Positions 28,101-43,000 of a stretch of 64,000 nt of DNA are shown here, piece after piece. Positions within the stretch are counted from its first letter, which is position 1, and each line of letters starts with the position of its first letter. The position numbers and the translations under genes were made by a program. Location: contig NC_091980.1 in assembly GCF_044704955.1 (NCBI RefSeq), positions 128,464,001-128,528,000 on the forward strand, read 5' to 3'. The DNA is from Pristiophorus japonicus (taxonomy: Eukaryota). The notes under the pieces are model-generated. The model made no database searches. It had not been told where the DNA came from and saw only the letters and a program-made list of their open reading frames with translations.

Positions 28101-29017
28101 GCAACTGCTTCATCAATGACCATCCCTCCTTCATAAGGTCAGAAGTGGAGATGTTTGTTGATGATTGCAGTGTTCAGTTACATTCGCAACTCCTCAGAAA
28201 ATGAAGCAGTCCATGGCAAATGCAGCAACCTGGATGAGATTCAGTGTGGGGCTGATACATGTCAAGTAACATTTGCACCACACAAGGTTCAGGCAATGAC
28301 TATCTCCAACAAGCGAGAGTCTAACCATCTGCCCTTAACATTGAAGAGCATTACTATCACAGAATCGCCCACCATCAACACCTGGGAGTCACCATTGACC
28401 AGAAACGTACCTGGACCAGTCACATAAATACTGTGGTAACAAGAGCGGGTCAGAGGCTGTGAATTTTATGGCAAGTGTTTCACCACCTGACTCCCCAAAG
28501 CCTTTCCACCATCTGCAAGGCACAAGTCAGAAGTGTGATGGAATACTCTCCACTTGCCTGGATGATTGTAGCTACTACAAAACTTAAGAAGCTCAACACC
28601 ATCCATGACAAGTAGCCCACGTGATTGGCACATTCAACATTTACTGCCTCCACCACCAGCGTACCATGGCTGCACCATCTGCAAGCTGCAATGCAGGAAT
28701 CACCAAGGTTTCTTCAGCAGCACCTGCGAACCCGCGAACTCTAACAACTAGAAGGACAAGGGCAGCAGGCGCATGGGAACACCGTATTTCCATCCAAGTT
28801 ACAAACCATCCTGACTTGGAAATATATCGCCATTCCTTCATCGTCGCTGGTACAAAATCATGGAACTCTCTCCCAACTGCACTGTAGGAGTACCTTCACC
28901 ACAAGGACTGTAGTGGTTCAAGAAGGCGGCTCAACACAACCTTCTCAACGGCAATTAGTGATGAGCAATAAAAGCTGGCCTTGCCAGTGATGTCCACATT
29001 CCGCAATGAATAAAAAA
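25156..29017 (+). mobile_element. Decayed CR1/L2-group LINE (APE + RT) with SINE-like 5' head and an internal duplication (~26340-27030 vs ~27250-27890)
   Basis: KLGELSYRLVKQQPDIVILT (endonuclease start), ANYCPISLLS, LDIKTAFDRVWH, QGSVRGP, FVDD; A-rich end at ~29010. Confidence 0.75.
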
Positions 29018-29539
29018 GACATTAACATGGAAAGACTAAAGGAGACAATTTTATTGCACCCAGTGCAGTTCTCAATAAAGTTCCTTAATTAACTTGTAAA
29101 CACTGGATTGTTGCAGCTCCAGCATTAACAACATTTGAATCCATTCATGGACGAGAAGGGGACAAATGGAGATCCAGTAGGATTTGGAAAGGATGATTGC
29201 TTATGGTATGAAATGCACAACAGGATGAAATACAAATGGATACATTTATGGTGGAGCTGCTGGTATTGGGTTATAAATTGATGGAATAGGCATGGTTGGG
29301 GACAACAGGGGGAAGGCTTTCAGGAGAAGTATCTATTTAATTTGGGTGTTTTCCTTTATGCATTTAATCCTTGCCTAATTCCTTATTCATGTGGGAGCCG
29401 AGTCACTGAGTGTTGGCAGATTAGTCAACCATGAGGTGCACTGGGATGGGTCCCAGCAACAAGAACAATAGGGTACCGATGTGGGATATGGTAGAATCGT
29501 GGTTATGCTACTGGATAAATAGGTAGGAAAAATAAAAAA

Positions 29540-31165
29540 TCAAATTATTATTTAAATAGGGAGGGATTACAAAATGCTGCAATACAGAGGAATTTGGGGG
29601 TCCTTGTACATGAAACTTACAAAGTTAGTATGCAGGTACAGCATTTAATTGGGAAAGCAATGGAATGTAGTCTTTGATTTCAAAGGGGACAGAATATAAA
29701 AGTAAGCAAGTCCTGCTACAACTGTACAGGACGTTGGTGAGACCACACCTGGAGTACGACATACAGCTTTGATTTCCTTATTTAAGGAGGGATATACTTG
29801 CAATGGAGGCAGTTCACAGAAGGTCCACGAGGTCGAGTCCTGAGATGAAGGTGTTGTCACATGGAGAAAGGATAAGCAGGTTGGGCCTATACTCATTGGA
29901 GTTTAGAAGACTGAAAGGTGATCTTATTGAAACATATAAGATTCTGAAGTGTCTTGACAGGGTAGATGCAGAGAGGATGTTTCCCCTCATGGGGGAACTG
30001 GACCTAGGGGGCATAGTTTCAGAATAAGGGGACGCACATTTAAAACAGAAATGAGGAAGAATTTCTTCTCTCAGAGGGTTGTGAATCTTTGGAATTCTCT
30101 ACCCCAGATATCTGTGGAGACTGGGTCACTGAATATATGTCATCATCATCATCATAGGCAGTCATTCGGAATCGAGGAAGACTTGCTTCCACTCTTAAAA
30201 TGAGTTCTTGGGTGGATGAACATTCGAATTCGAGAGCCACAGACTCTGTCACAGGTGGAACAGATAGTAGTTGAGGGAAGGGGTGGGTGGGGCAGGTTTG
30301 CCGCACGCTCTTCCCGCTGCCTGCGCTTGATTTCTGCATGCTCACCGCCCTCCCGGATGCTCCTCCACTTCGGGTGATCTTTGAACAGGTGTCAGTAGGG
30401 ATGTCTCACTTTATCAGGTTGCTTTGAGGGTGTCCGTGTAACGCTTCTGCTGTTCACCTTTGCTCATTTGCCATTAAGGAGTTTCGAGTAGACTACTTGC
30501 TTTGGGAGTCTCGTGTCTGGCATGCGAACTATATGGCCTGTCCAGCAGAGCTGATCAACTGTGGTCGGTGCTTCAATGTTGGGGATGTTGGTCTGGTTGA
30601 GGACGCTAATTTTGGTGCATCTCTCCTCCCAGGGGATTTGTAGGATCTTGCGGAGACATCGTTGGTGATATTTCTCCAGCGACTCGATGTGTCTACTATA
30701 CATGGTCCATATCTCTGAGCCATGCAGGAGGGCAGGTATTACTACAGCCCTGTTGACCATGAGCTTGGTGGCAGTTCTGAGGGCCTGGTCTTCAAACACT
30801 CTTTTCCTCAGGCGGCCGAAGGCTGCACTGGCACACTGGCGGTGTTGGATCTCGTCATTAATGCCTGCTCTTGATGATAGGAGGCTCCCAAGATATGCTG
30901 TCCTCACTGCACAGCACTGCCCCCCCATGTTATCAACGTCCACGGCGCGGCCCTGGACAACGTGAACCACTTCCCATATATCAGGAGCCTGAATATATGA
31001 AAGGTGGAGATTTCTGAACGATAAGGGAGGCCAGGGTTGTGAGGAGTGGGCAGGGAAGTGGAGTTGAGGCCATGATCAGATCAGCCATGATCTTATTGAA
31101 TGGCAGAGCAGACTCGAGGGGCCAAATGAGCTACTCCTGCTCTTATTTTATATGATCTTATATAA
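29540..31165 (+). mobile_element. CR1 LINE 3' fragment interrupted by an RTE
   Basis: LGLYSLEFRRLKGDLIETYKIL motif and CR1 3' UTR. Confidence 0.8.
30140..30988 (-). mobile_element. RTE LINE 3' fragment with (TGA)n tail and 11-bp TSD
   Basis: YLGS..SAAFGRLRKRVF..RMPDTRLPKQ; TSD CTGAATATATG at 30129-30139 and 30989-30999. Confidence 0.85.
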
Positions 31166-31199
31166 GTAATCCAGAGGCCTGGACTAATGATCCAGAGTC

Positions 31200-32125
31200 A
31201 AAAATGAGGATGACTTGCTTCCACTCTAAAAGTGAGTTCTCAGGTGGCTGAAGAGACCAATGTGGGACCTGTCACAAGTCGGCCAGAAAGTAATTGAAGG
31301 AAAGCGGGGCTGGGGAGCCTGGGTTGACACACGCTCCTTCTGCTGTCTGCGCTTGGTTTCTGCTTGCTCTCTGCGATGAGACTCCTCGAGGTGCTCAGCG
31401 CTCTCTCGGATGCTGTTCCTCCACTTTGGGTTGTCTTCGACCAGTGACTCCCAGGTGCCGGTGGGGATGTTGCACTTTATCAAGTAGGCTTTGAGGGTGT
31501 CCTTGAAGCGTTTCCTCTGCCCACCTAGAGCTAACCTTCTGTGACGAAGCTCAGAGTTGAGCGCTTGCTTTGGGAGTCTCGTGTCACGCATGCGGACAAT
31601 GTGACCGGCCCAACGGAGCTGATTGAGCATGGTCAGTGCTTCGATGCAGGGGGGATGTTGGCCTAAGCAACAACAGAGATTTTGGTGCGTCTTTGCTCCA
31701 AATGGATTTGCAGGATCTTGCTAAGGCAGTGCTGGTGGTACTTCTCCAGTGTTTTGAGCTGGTTTCTCTATGTCGTCCATGTCGCTGAGCCACATAGGAG
31801 GGCGGCTATCATTACAGCCCTGTAGACCACAAGCTTGATGCCAGTTTTGAAGTTCTGGTCTTCAAATATTCCTTTCCTCAGACGACCGAAGGAAACGCTG
31901 GCGCACTGGAGCCGGTGTTGGACCGCATCATCGATGTCTGCCCTTGCTGACAGTAGGCTCCCGGTCCATGTTGTCCCAGGCCGTGTGGGCGATTTTAATG
32001 ACCAGGGGGAGTGCTGTGTGGTGGGGTCAGGTTGGTGGAGGATCTTTATCTTACAGATGGTTAGCGTAAGGTTAATACTTTTGTTCGCCTCGGTGAGGGT
32101 GTTGACGATGGCTTGGAGTTCAGCA
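31200..32125 (-). mobile_element. RTE LINE 3' fragment
   Basis: QLRWAGHIVRM..RLPKQ..GGQRKRFKDTLK..IGLFSHLRTH. Confidence 0.85.
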
Positions 32126-33361
32126 TTAACATTTGAATCTATTCACAGGGGTGAAGCAATAAAATGGAGATCCACTGGGATTTGGACAGGATTGATTGCT
32201 ATTTGGTATGAAATGCACAATGGGAGCAAATGCAACTGGACACATTGGGTTGATGAATTCAGGTATTTGGCATTGAGGCTCAGGATGGGGCAAATGTTTT
32301 TCCAGAGCCTTGTGTTTAAAATCTTGGGCCTCTTGCTTTCTGCATTTAAAGAAATACATTTACTGTTTCTTCCAGCAGGATTATATTTTGTTGGACTGTA
32401 ATCCTTCAGTACCTTTTTCACGTGAGCATAGATCATGTTGGCAAGTGATTCGATCATGATGGGAGCAGGCGGAAGAGAATCTGTCCCAGAACCACCACGC
32501 TCGGGTATCCACACTAAACAATGAAGCTATGACATCAAGCTGATGCCACCTGTTGCTTTCCCTGCTCACCCAATTGTAGTTCCCAACATTCAATGCACTC
32601 AGACATTACTGGTCTGTACAGTAATTGCTGCTTTGCATACAAAGCCTACAGCAGCAGTCAGTTCAGTTACTGAACAAACTGCAATAATAACTGAATAGGA
32701 TCTGCTCCAAATATTGAACACAAACTGTTAATTCCAGGGCTAATATTAAAGAGGATGTTAATCCAGGTCACTTTTTTTCCATAGACTGAAAGAGTGAAAC
32801 TCTGATTTACTGGAAAATGCTGCCACTGTTTAGTGTGTTACAACAACTTGTATTTTGTTAAATTAAAAGTAAATATATATAATAGCCAAGAGAATATTCA
32901 CTAGAGGGAACAGCTCTTTTTATACATCTCTGAAGCTTAAGCTCTGCCATTCTGTCTCTAAACCTATTTAAGACATTCCCTAAAACTTACTTCTGACCAT
33001 GCTGTATCCCTCAGTCAACATCTCATGAATGTGTTCAGACCATTAACATCTCCTTGAACATTTTTAGGCCTTGCAATACATTTCTGAATAACCAAACTCA
33101 ATACTTCAACATATCAGCAAACCAAATTTGATTTGACAATCCCATAACATTGTTCCATAATTCAGTGTAATTCTGCTTAATTGAAAGATACACAACCACT
33201 CATACATACAAGGAGACAAAACCCAGTCCAATATGGAACAGTTTATTTACACAGTTATGTTACATTTCACATCTTAGCTCTTTGTACAAAGTCATAAGCC
33301 ATCATTATATAATTAGGACCCCAGTCCTGTAGGCAAATACAATAAGCTTGAAACAGTCAGT

Positions 33362-35514
<2,153 letters not shown>

Positions 35515-35533
35515 CTAGATTCTTTTTCACAAA

Positions 35534-35780
35534 TCTAAACTTTGTAGAAGCAACAAACTGAAACATAGCCAACCTCAAACACCTGTAGAAATTCAACCAT
35601 CCGCAAATGCCAGTATTTATACTGCTGAACAACCCAGGGTGTGGCACACTGCAGGATGAGTGACAGTCCTCAATACCCAATCAGAACTTGCAGCCTCTCA
35701 GAGCACCAATCAAGGAATGGGAGGAGGGGAGATGGACTCCCAGAGCCAGTCAGATCTTTGAAGGACGAACATCATTGGTT
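35534..35780 (-). promoter_or_regulatory. Ferritin copy 3 promoter and degenerate IRE
   Basis: TATAAATA at 35621-35614; CCAAT boxes; IRE remnant TTGCTTCTACAAAGTTTAGA within 35559-35534. Confidence 0.6.
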
Positions 35781-36425
35781 GACAACTTAATGAGGATCTG
35801 AATTGTGTAAACTTTCCTCAAACACAGTTCAGATATCCAGAATCACAGGTTTAAATGAATCCTCTATTCTTTCGGCATTGGGAAAAACTTAAACCATAAG
35901 TGTCCCCTTTATAAGGGGGAATAAACAATAAGTTCCAAACATGACAAAACTAACATAAGCACTTTTCAATTTATCATTTAGTTCTCTGTATCCACGCTGC
36001 ACTCCAGTCCCTCTGGCGCCCACCGGTCACGGAAAGCCTTAAGCATACCGGCAGACACCGCGTGCTCCCTCTCCAGGGATACCCGGGCACGGATATAGCC
36101 GCGGAAGAGAGTCAGGCACACGGAGAGAACACCCCATTGACCGTGCTCTGCCTGGACCAGTTAATGGCCACCTTGAAAGGTTAATTGAATTCTCTGTTGT
36201 TTGCGAGTCAGTGTCTTTTTAATAGTTCTGGATGGTTCTGTGCGTTGGTCATTTGAAGGTATCTACGGGTTTGATGCAACATCCAAACAGATCAGTGAGT
36301 GTGCAAATCAACCAAAAGTGGGTCAGATGAATGCAAATTGCTGGTGATCAATGTGTCAAACATAAATACTCAGATACTCCATCACTTCCAAGTTTAGTGA
36401 GCACCTGTACACACATCAGCTAGAA

Positions 36426-38294
36426 TGTGGAGGGGACCTTTAGTGTCCCCCTCCCCTTTTATAGGGGGCACTTGTAAATTATATGATTTTATTGCCCAAA
36501 AAAAATCACAAAAGGAAAAAAAAAAATACCAAAAAAAACCCCCCAAAAAACAACAAAAAAAAAGAGGGCAGGTATAAGTGTCTGGAGTGTCCCCCAGATC
36601 GGGGGGCACTCGATGCAATGTTATTTTGTACTCCCCAAAAAGAGTTGTGGAGGGGACCTGAGCACGCGGTGTCCACCCGTATGCTCACGGCCTTCCGCGA
36701 GAGGTGGGCACCGGAGGTACTGGAGTGCATTGTCACCCCCGGCAACCAAATTTTAATGTTTTAAAGTTTAATTTGTTTTAATTGCCGGATTTTAAGTGTC
36801 CCTCTCCCCTTTTATAGGGGGCACTTGGAAAACAACTATGATTTTAGTGCCCCAAAAAAACCCACAAAAATAACCAAAGGAAACCAAAAAAAAACAAAAA
36901 AAATGACACGTGAAAAGTGTTTGGAGTGTCCCCCAGATCGGGGGGCACTTGATTTAATTGATTATGTTTTCCTCAAAAAGAGTGGTGGAGGGGACCTTTA
37001 GTGTCCCCCTCCCCTTTTATAGGGGGCACTTGTAAATTATATGATTTTAATGCCCCAAAAAAAATCACAAAAGGAAAAAAACACAAAAAAAATATAACAA
37101 AAAAAAAACAAAAAAAAACAACAAAAAATAAAGAGGGCAGGTATAAGTGTCTGGAGTGCCCCCCAGATCGGGGGGCACTCGATCTAATGTTATTTTGTAC
37201 TCCCCAAAAAGAGTTGTGGAGTGGACCTGAGCACGTGGTGTCCACCCGTACGCTCAGGGCCTTCCGCGAGAGGTGGGCACCGGAGGGACTGGAGTGCATT
37301 GTCACCACCGGCAACCAAATTTTAATTTGATTTTATGTTTTAAAGTTTAATTTGTTTTAATTGCCGGGTTTTTAGTGTCTCCCTCCCCTTTTATAGGGGG
37401 CACTTGTAAATTATGGCTTTAGAGCCCAAAAAAGAACACAAAACAAACCTACAAAAATACAAAAAAAAAGGCCTTGGGAAATGTTTGGACTGTCCCCCAG
37501 ATCGGGGGGCACGATTTAATGTTTATGATTTAATGTTTATTGTTAACTCCAAAAGAGTTGTGGACGGGACCTGAGCACGCGGTGTCCACCCGTACGCTCA
37601 CGGTCTTCCGCGAGAGGTGGGCACCGGAGGGACTGGAGTGCATTGTCGCCCCCGGCAACCAAATTTTAATTTGATTTTATGTTTTAAAGTTTAATTTGTT
37701 TTAATTGCCGTGTTTTAATGTCCCCCTCCCCTTTTATAGGGGGCACTTGTAAATTATATGATTTTAATGCCCCCAAAAAATCACAAAAAAACCCCACAAA
37801 AACCCCCCAAAAAAACCCAAAAAAAACATTTATTAAAAAAAAGGGCAGTTAAGTGTCTGGAGTGTCCCCCAGATCGGGGAGCACTTGATCTCACGTTTAT
37901 TTTGTTCCCACCCAAAAGAGTTGTGGAGGGGACCTGAGCACGCGGTGTCCACCGGTACGCTCGCGGCCTTCCGCGAGAGGTGGGCACCGGAGGAACTGGA
38001 GTGCATCATCACCCCCGGCAACCAAATTTTAATTTGATTTTATGTTTTAAAGTTGAATTTGTTTTAATTTCCGTGTTTTAATGTCCCCCTCCCCTTTTAT
38101 AGGGGGCACTTGTAAATTATATGATTTTAATGCCCCCAAAAAAATCACAAAAAAAAACACAAAAAAAACCCAAAAAACAAAAAAATAAAAAATGAGGGCA
38201 GTTAAAAGTGTCTGGATGGAGTGTCCCCCAGATCGGGGGGCACTCGATCTAATGTTTATTTTGTCTCCCCCAAAAAAGAGTTGTGGAGGGGACC
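36426..38294 (+). mobile_element. Tandem array of six 5'-truncated Tx1-like 3' ends separated by seven copies of a 13-bp target
   Basis: TGTGGAGGGGACC (0-1 mismatch) at 36426, 36646, 36984, 37215, 37559, 37922, 38282; long units encode EHAVST.TL.AFRERWAPEGLECI.TPGNQILI*; single empty site at 49708-49720. Confidence 0.85.
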
Positions 38295-40014
38295 ATGGGA
38301 TGTTCAGTTCATGAAATTTTGGACACAATGAAATAGACTGCAGGCCAAAAAGAAAGATGTGTGTTTATATCACGTCTTTCACAACCTCAGGATGTCCCTG
38401 AGTGCTTTACAGCAAATGAAGTACTTTTTGAAGCACAGTCACTGTTGTAATGTAGGAAGTGTGGCAGCCAATTTGTACACAGCAAGGCTCCACAAACAGC
38501 AAGGTGAACATGATCACATTATCTGTTTTCAGTGACATTGTTTGAGGAATAAATATTGACCAGGTCACCTGGGATAATTCCCCTGCTGCTCTTCAAAGTA
38601 GTGCCACGGGATCATTTATGTCCAGCTCGGAGGACAGACGGGGCAACGGTTTTACATCTCATCCGAAAGACAACTCTGACAGTGCAGCACTCTCTCATTA
38701 CTGCACTGTAGTGTCAGCCGAGATTCTGTGCTCACGTCTCTGGAGTGAGGACTTGAACCCACAACCTTCTGACTCAGAGATGAGAATGCTACCCACTGAG
38801 TCTCTGACTGATCCTGGAAACTAAAAGCTCTCTGTTACCCATTACGCTAATATCTATCTCAATAATCTGTGAAATCTCCACGCTATCTGCCTCCGGTGTT
38901 CCCAGACTCATCTCCCATGTTAGAACACGTGTTAGAGCTGAGTGCAGAGAGAGGCTGGGAATTACAAAACAGAATTAAAACAAACAGCAGGAGCTTGAGC
39001 CAAGTGCTGCACAGCAAGGGGAAGACAGACTGAAGAGATGGAGAAAGTAGCCAGGTAACTATAGGAGGAACTACTGGAGATTAGAACTTCATCTGAGTTT
39101 GGAACATGCCCAAGTTTGGATATCGCTGGCAAGGCCGACATTTATTGCCTATCCCTAGTTGCCCTGAGAAGGCGCTGGTGAGACTCCTTCTTGAACTATA
39201 TTCAGGTGCTCAATTTGCCCGGTCACTTCAGAGGGCAGGTAAGAATCAACCACATTACTGTGCAAATGGAGTCACATATAAGCCAGACTGGGTAAGGACG
39301 ACAGGTTTCCTTCCCGAAAAGGAAATTAGTGAGCCAGTTGTATCTTGACAGCAATCCTAAAAGTCCATGGTTACTGATATTAGTTTGTTTTAAATTTTAA
39401 ACTGAATCCGAATGATGGTGGGATTTGAACTCACATTCTGTATATTATTGGTCTAGACCTCTGGATTACTAGTCCAGTGACATAACCACTGTACTATTGT
39501 ACCCCTAACATACAGCTTGAAAAAAAGCTGACTCTCCACTTTTCAATCTCCATGAACATTGGCCTAGTTCACAGAGGCTGGTAATTATGTCCAGTGTATT
39601 TATTAGCAGTTTACGTTAAGATACCCAACTATGTTCCCAATTTTTCCTTTCCACACGATAGATAAATTTAGTGAGGCCTCATCGGACGTTCCTTGTGCTT
39701 TGGATCGGAACCTGCTTCAGCGAACACGTTCCTAGTGTTCCCAAAATTGAAAGACTCTCAGCAGTAATTCTTGGGGGTTGTCTATTCAGAAGGTGCAGAC
39801 TCTGTACTGTAACAGCACGCCCTTGGCAAAGTGGTTCAAACATGAGGGGCAAGGTCTTACCGTAACCAGATTACATTTAAATCTCTTTCTCCAGTACACC
39901 CAACTTTAAAACCAGTTAAACACTAAGATTAGACTTGCAGCTATGACCATCTTAGGCCACCACTGAACCAAAGTCAGTATTCTGGAGGGGAAGAGATTAA
40001 AATAGCCACATGCC

Positions 40015-43000
40015 TGTAAAGTCCTGTCCCCTCAGTACGGATTCACACGAGGCATATAGTGAAGTCAAGGTCACTCTGGACCTGCACCTTTATTTCACAG
40101 CTCCGGAATGCTGCACTTGCCTGAGACCTGTCCTTATATACCTGCCTCTTGCAAGTGCACCCCTGGTGGTAAGGTATGCTGGTGGTTACAGGTCATATCT
40201 TATTACAGTCATGTATAACATGTTAGGATACAGTTATATATAATAATGTAAGATACATGACATCACCCTCCCCCAAGGTCTTATTGTCTTTATAGGTTCA
40301 GTCTCTCAGGTGGTCTACGCTCTTGCTTGGAGCGTCTGAGTTGTGGTTCAGTTGTTTGCCTTGGTGTCTGTTTTTCTTTGGGTGTGGTTGCTGGTATCTC
40401 GCTTGGGCTGTCTGTTTCGATTGGTGTGATTGTTGTTGACTCGCCTGGGCTGTCTGTTGGGATTGCCCTTTCCTCAGGTTGTCCCCTCTGTCTGTCCACC
40501 AGGTGTGGTGTGAGTTCCACATTGTAGTCTGCCTCTGGTTCCGCAGTGTTGTTGGTAAATCTGCTTTTGACTTGGTCTACATGCCTCTGGCAGGTTTTGC
40601 CATTGGCCATTTGTACTACCAGTAGCCTGTTTCCTTCCTTGCCCGTTACTGTCCCTGCAAGCCATTTGGGACCCCTGCTATAGTTTAGTACAAACACTTT
40701 GTCCCCAATCTCATTCCATCTCCCCCTCGAATTTCTGTCATGGTACTCAGTCAGCTTACGGCGCTTTGCCTCAAAGATTTCGTGCATGCCTGGGAGGATT
40801 AATGAGAGCCATGTTTTTAAAGTCCTTTTCATCAACAGTTGCGCGGGGGGGATCACAGTCAGTGAGTGCGGACGAGATCTGCATGCCAGTAGCAGTCATG
40901 ACAGGCGACCCTGCAGCGTGGGACCTTGGATTTTAAGCATGCCTTGTTTAATGATTTGCACTGCTCTCTTCGCCTGGCCGTTGGAGACCGGCTAGAACGG
41001 TGCCGTCTTGACATGATTTATGCCGTGGTCAATTATAAAGTCTTGGAATTCTGCGCTGGTGAAGCACGGACCATTGCCACTGACCAATATGTCAGGGATT
41101 CCGTGCGTTGCAAACATGGTTGCGAGGCTCTCCACAGTGGTGGAGGTTGTGCTCGAGTTTAAAATGGTGCACTCGATCCACTTTGAAAATGCATCTATAA
41201 CTACGAGGAACATTTTGCTCATGAATGGGCCCGCATAGTCTACGTGCACCCTCGACCACGGTTTGGTAGGCCAGGGGCTCAATGGAGCCTCCCTGGGGGC
41301 ATTGCTGAGTTGGGCACAAATGGTGCACCTTCGGATGCAGAGCTCCAAGTTTGTGTCAATACCAGGTCACCAGACGTGGGATCTGGCCATGGTCTTCATG
41401 AGAACGATCTACGGGTGCTCGCGGTGGAGCTCCCGGACAAATGCCTCTCTGCCTCGCAGGGGCATGACTACTCGGCTGCCCCACATCAGGCAGTCTGCTT
41501 TTAGTGATAGCTCATGCATGCGTCTGTGAAAGGGTTTTAATTCCTCGGGGCAGGCATCGCGAGCCTCTGCCCAGTCATCGGTTAGGACACATCTTTTTAC
41601 GAAGGATAACGTGGGGTCACTGGCCGTCCAGGCTCTGATTTGGCGAGCCTGTGGACTCAAAGGCATTGATTGCCATGACTATCACACAGTTCTGTTCATC
41701 AGACCCTTCCGTGGTCACCAGGGGTAGCCTGCTGAGCGCGTCGGCACAGTTGTCTGTGCCTGGTCTGTACCTTATGGTATAGTCGTAGGACGCCAGAATG
41801 AGTGCCCACCGTTGAATTCGCGCCGTGGCGTTGGCGTTTATTGCCTTGCTCTCAGATAGGAGGGATGTGAGGGGCTTGTGGTTGGTTTTTAATGCGAACT
41901 CAGCCCCGAGAAAGTATTGGTGCATCTTTTTGACACCGTACACGCACGCGAGCGCTTCCTTCTCTACCATTCCGTACCCGCGCTCTGCCCACGAAAGTGA
42001 CCTGGAGGCATAAGCTATGGGTTGTAATTTGCCCGCACTATTGACATGTTGCAAAACGCACCCGACCCAATACGCTGAAACATCGCATGTGAGAACTAGC
42101 TTTTTACCTGGGTCATAGAAAGTCAGAACACTGTTGGAACACAGAAGGTTGCGTGCCTTATTGAAGGCGCGTTCCTGGGCGTCCCCCCAAAACCAATCGC
42201 ACCCCTTCCTGAGTAGCACATGGAGAGGCTCCAGCAGCGTGCTTAAGTTCTGCATAAAGTTTGCAAAGTAATTGATTAGCCCGAAAAAGGCATGCAGTTC
42301 TGAGACATTCCGGGGCCTGGGTGCTAGGCAAATTGCTTCTGTTTTGGACTCTGTTGGGCGGATTCCATCAGCGGCAATCCTTCTGCCCAAAAATTCAACC
42401 TCGGGTGCAAGAAACAGGCATTTGGATTTCTTGACTCGTAGGCCTACCCGATCCAACTGCTTTAGTACTTCCTCTAAATTACGGAGATGGGAGTCGGTAT
42501 CCCTGATCGTGATAAGTATGTCGTCTTGAAATACAACCGTCCCCGGGATGGACTTGAGCAAACTCTCCATATTGCGCTGGAATATAGAGCTGCCGACCTG
42601 ATGCCGAATGGGCATCGATTGTACATGAAAAGGCCTCGATGTGTGTTGATGGTGGTGAGTAGCTTGGATTCCTCGGTCAATTCTTGCGTCATATACACAG
42701 ATGTGAGGTCTAATTTTGAGAAAAGTTTACCTCCAGCCAATGTGGCAAATAAGTCCTCCGCTCTCGGCAGCGGGTACTGGTCCTGTAGGGAGACTCTGTT
42801 TATGGTAGATTTGTAGTCCCCACAGATTCGTATGGATCCATCAGGCTTCATGACTGGGACGATGGGACTTGCCCAGTCGCTAAATTCCACAGGTGATATA
42901 ATGTCTTCCCGCAGAAGCCTGTCTAGTTCGTGTTCAATCTTTTCCCTCATCACATAGGGTACAGCTCTGGCCTTGTGATGGACCGGTCTAGCATCTTGTG

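Noticed and set aside
36426-38294. CRISPR-like repeat-spacer appearance
   Set aside because: The spacers are homologous 200-350 bp LINE 3' ends, the context is vertebrate, and there are no cas genes.
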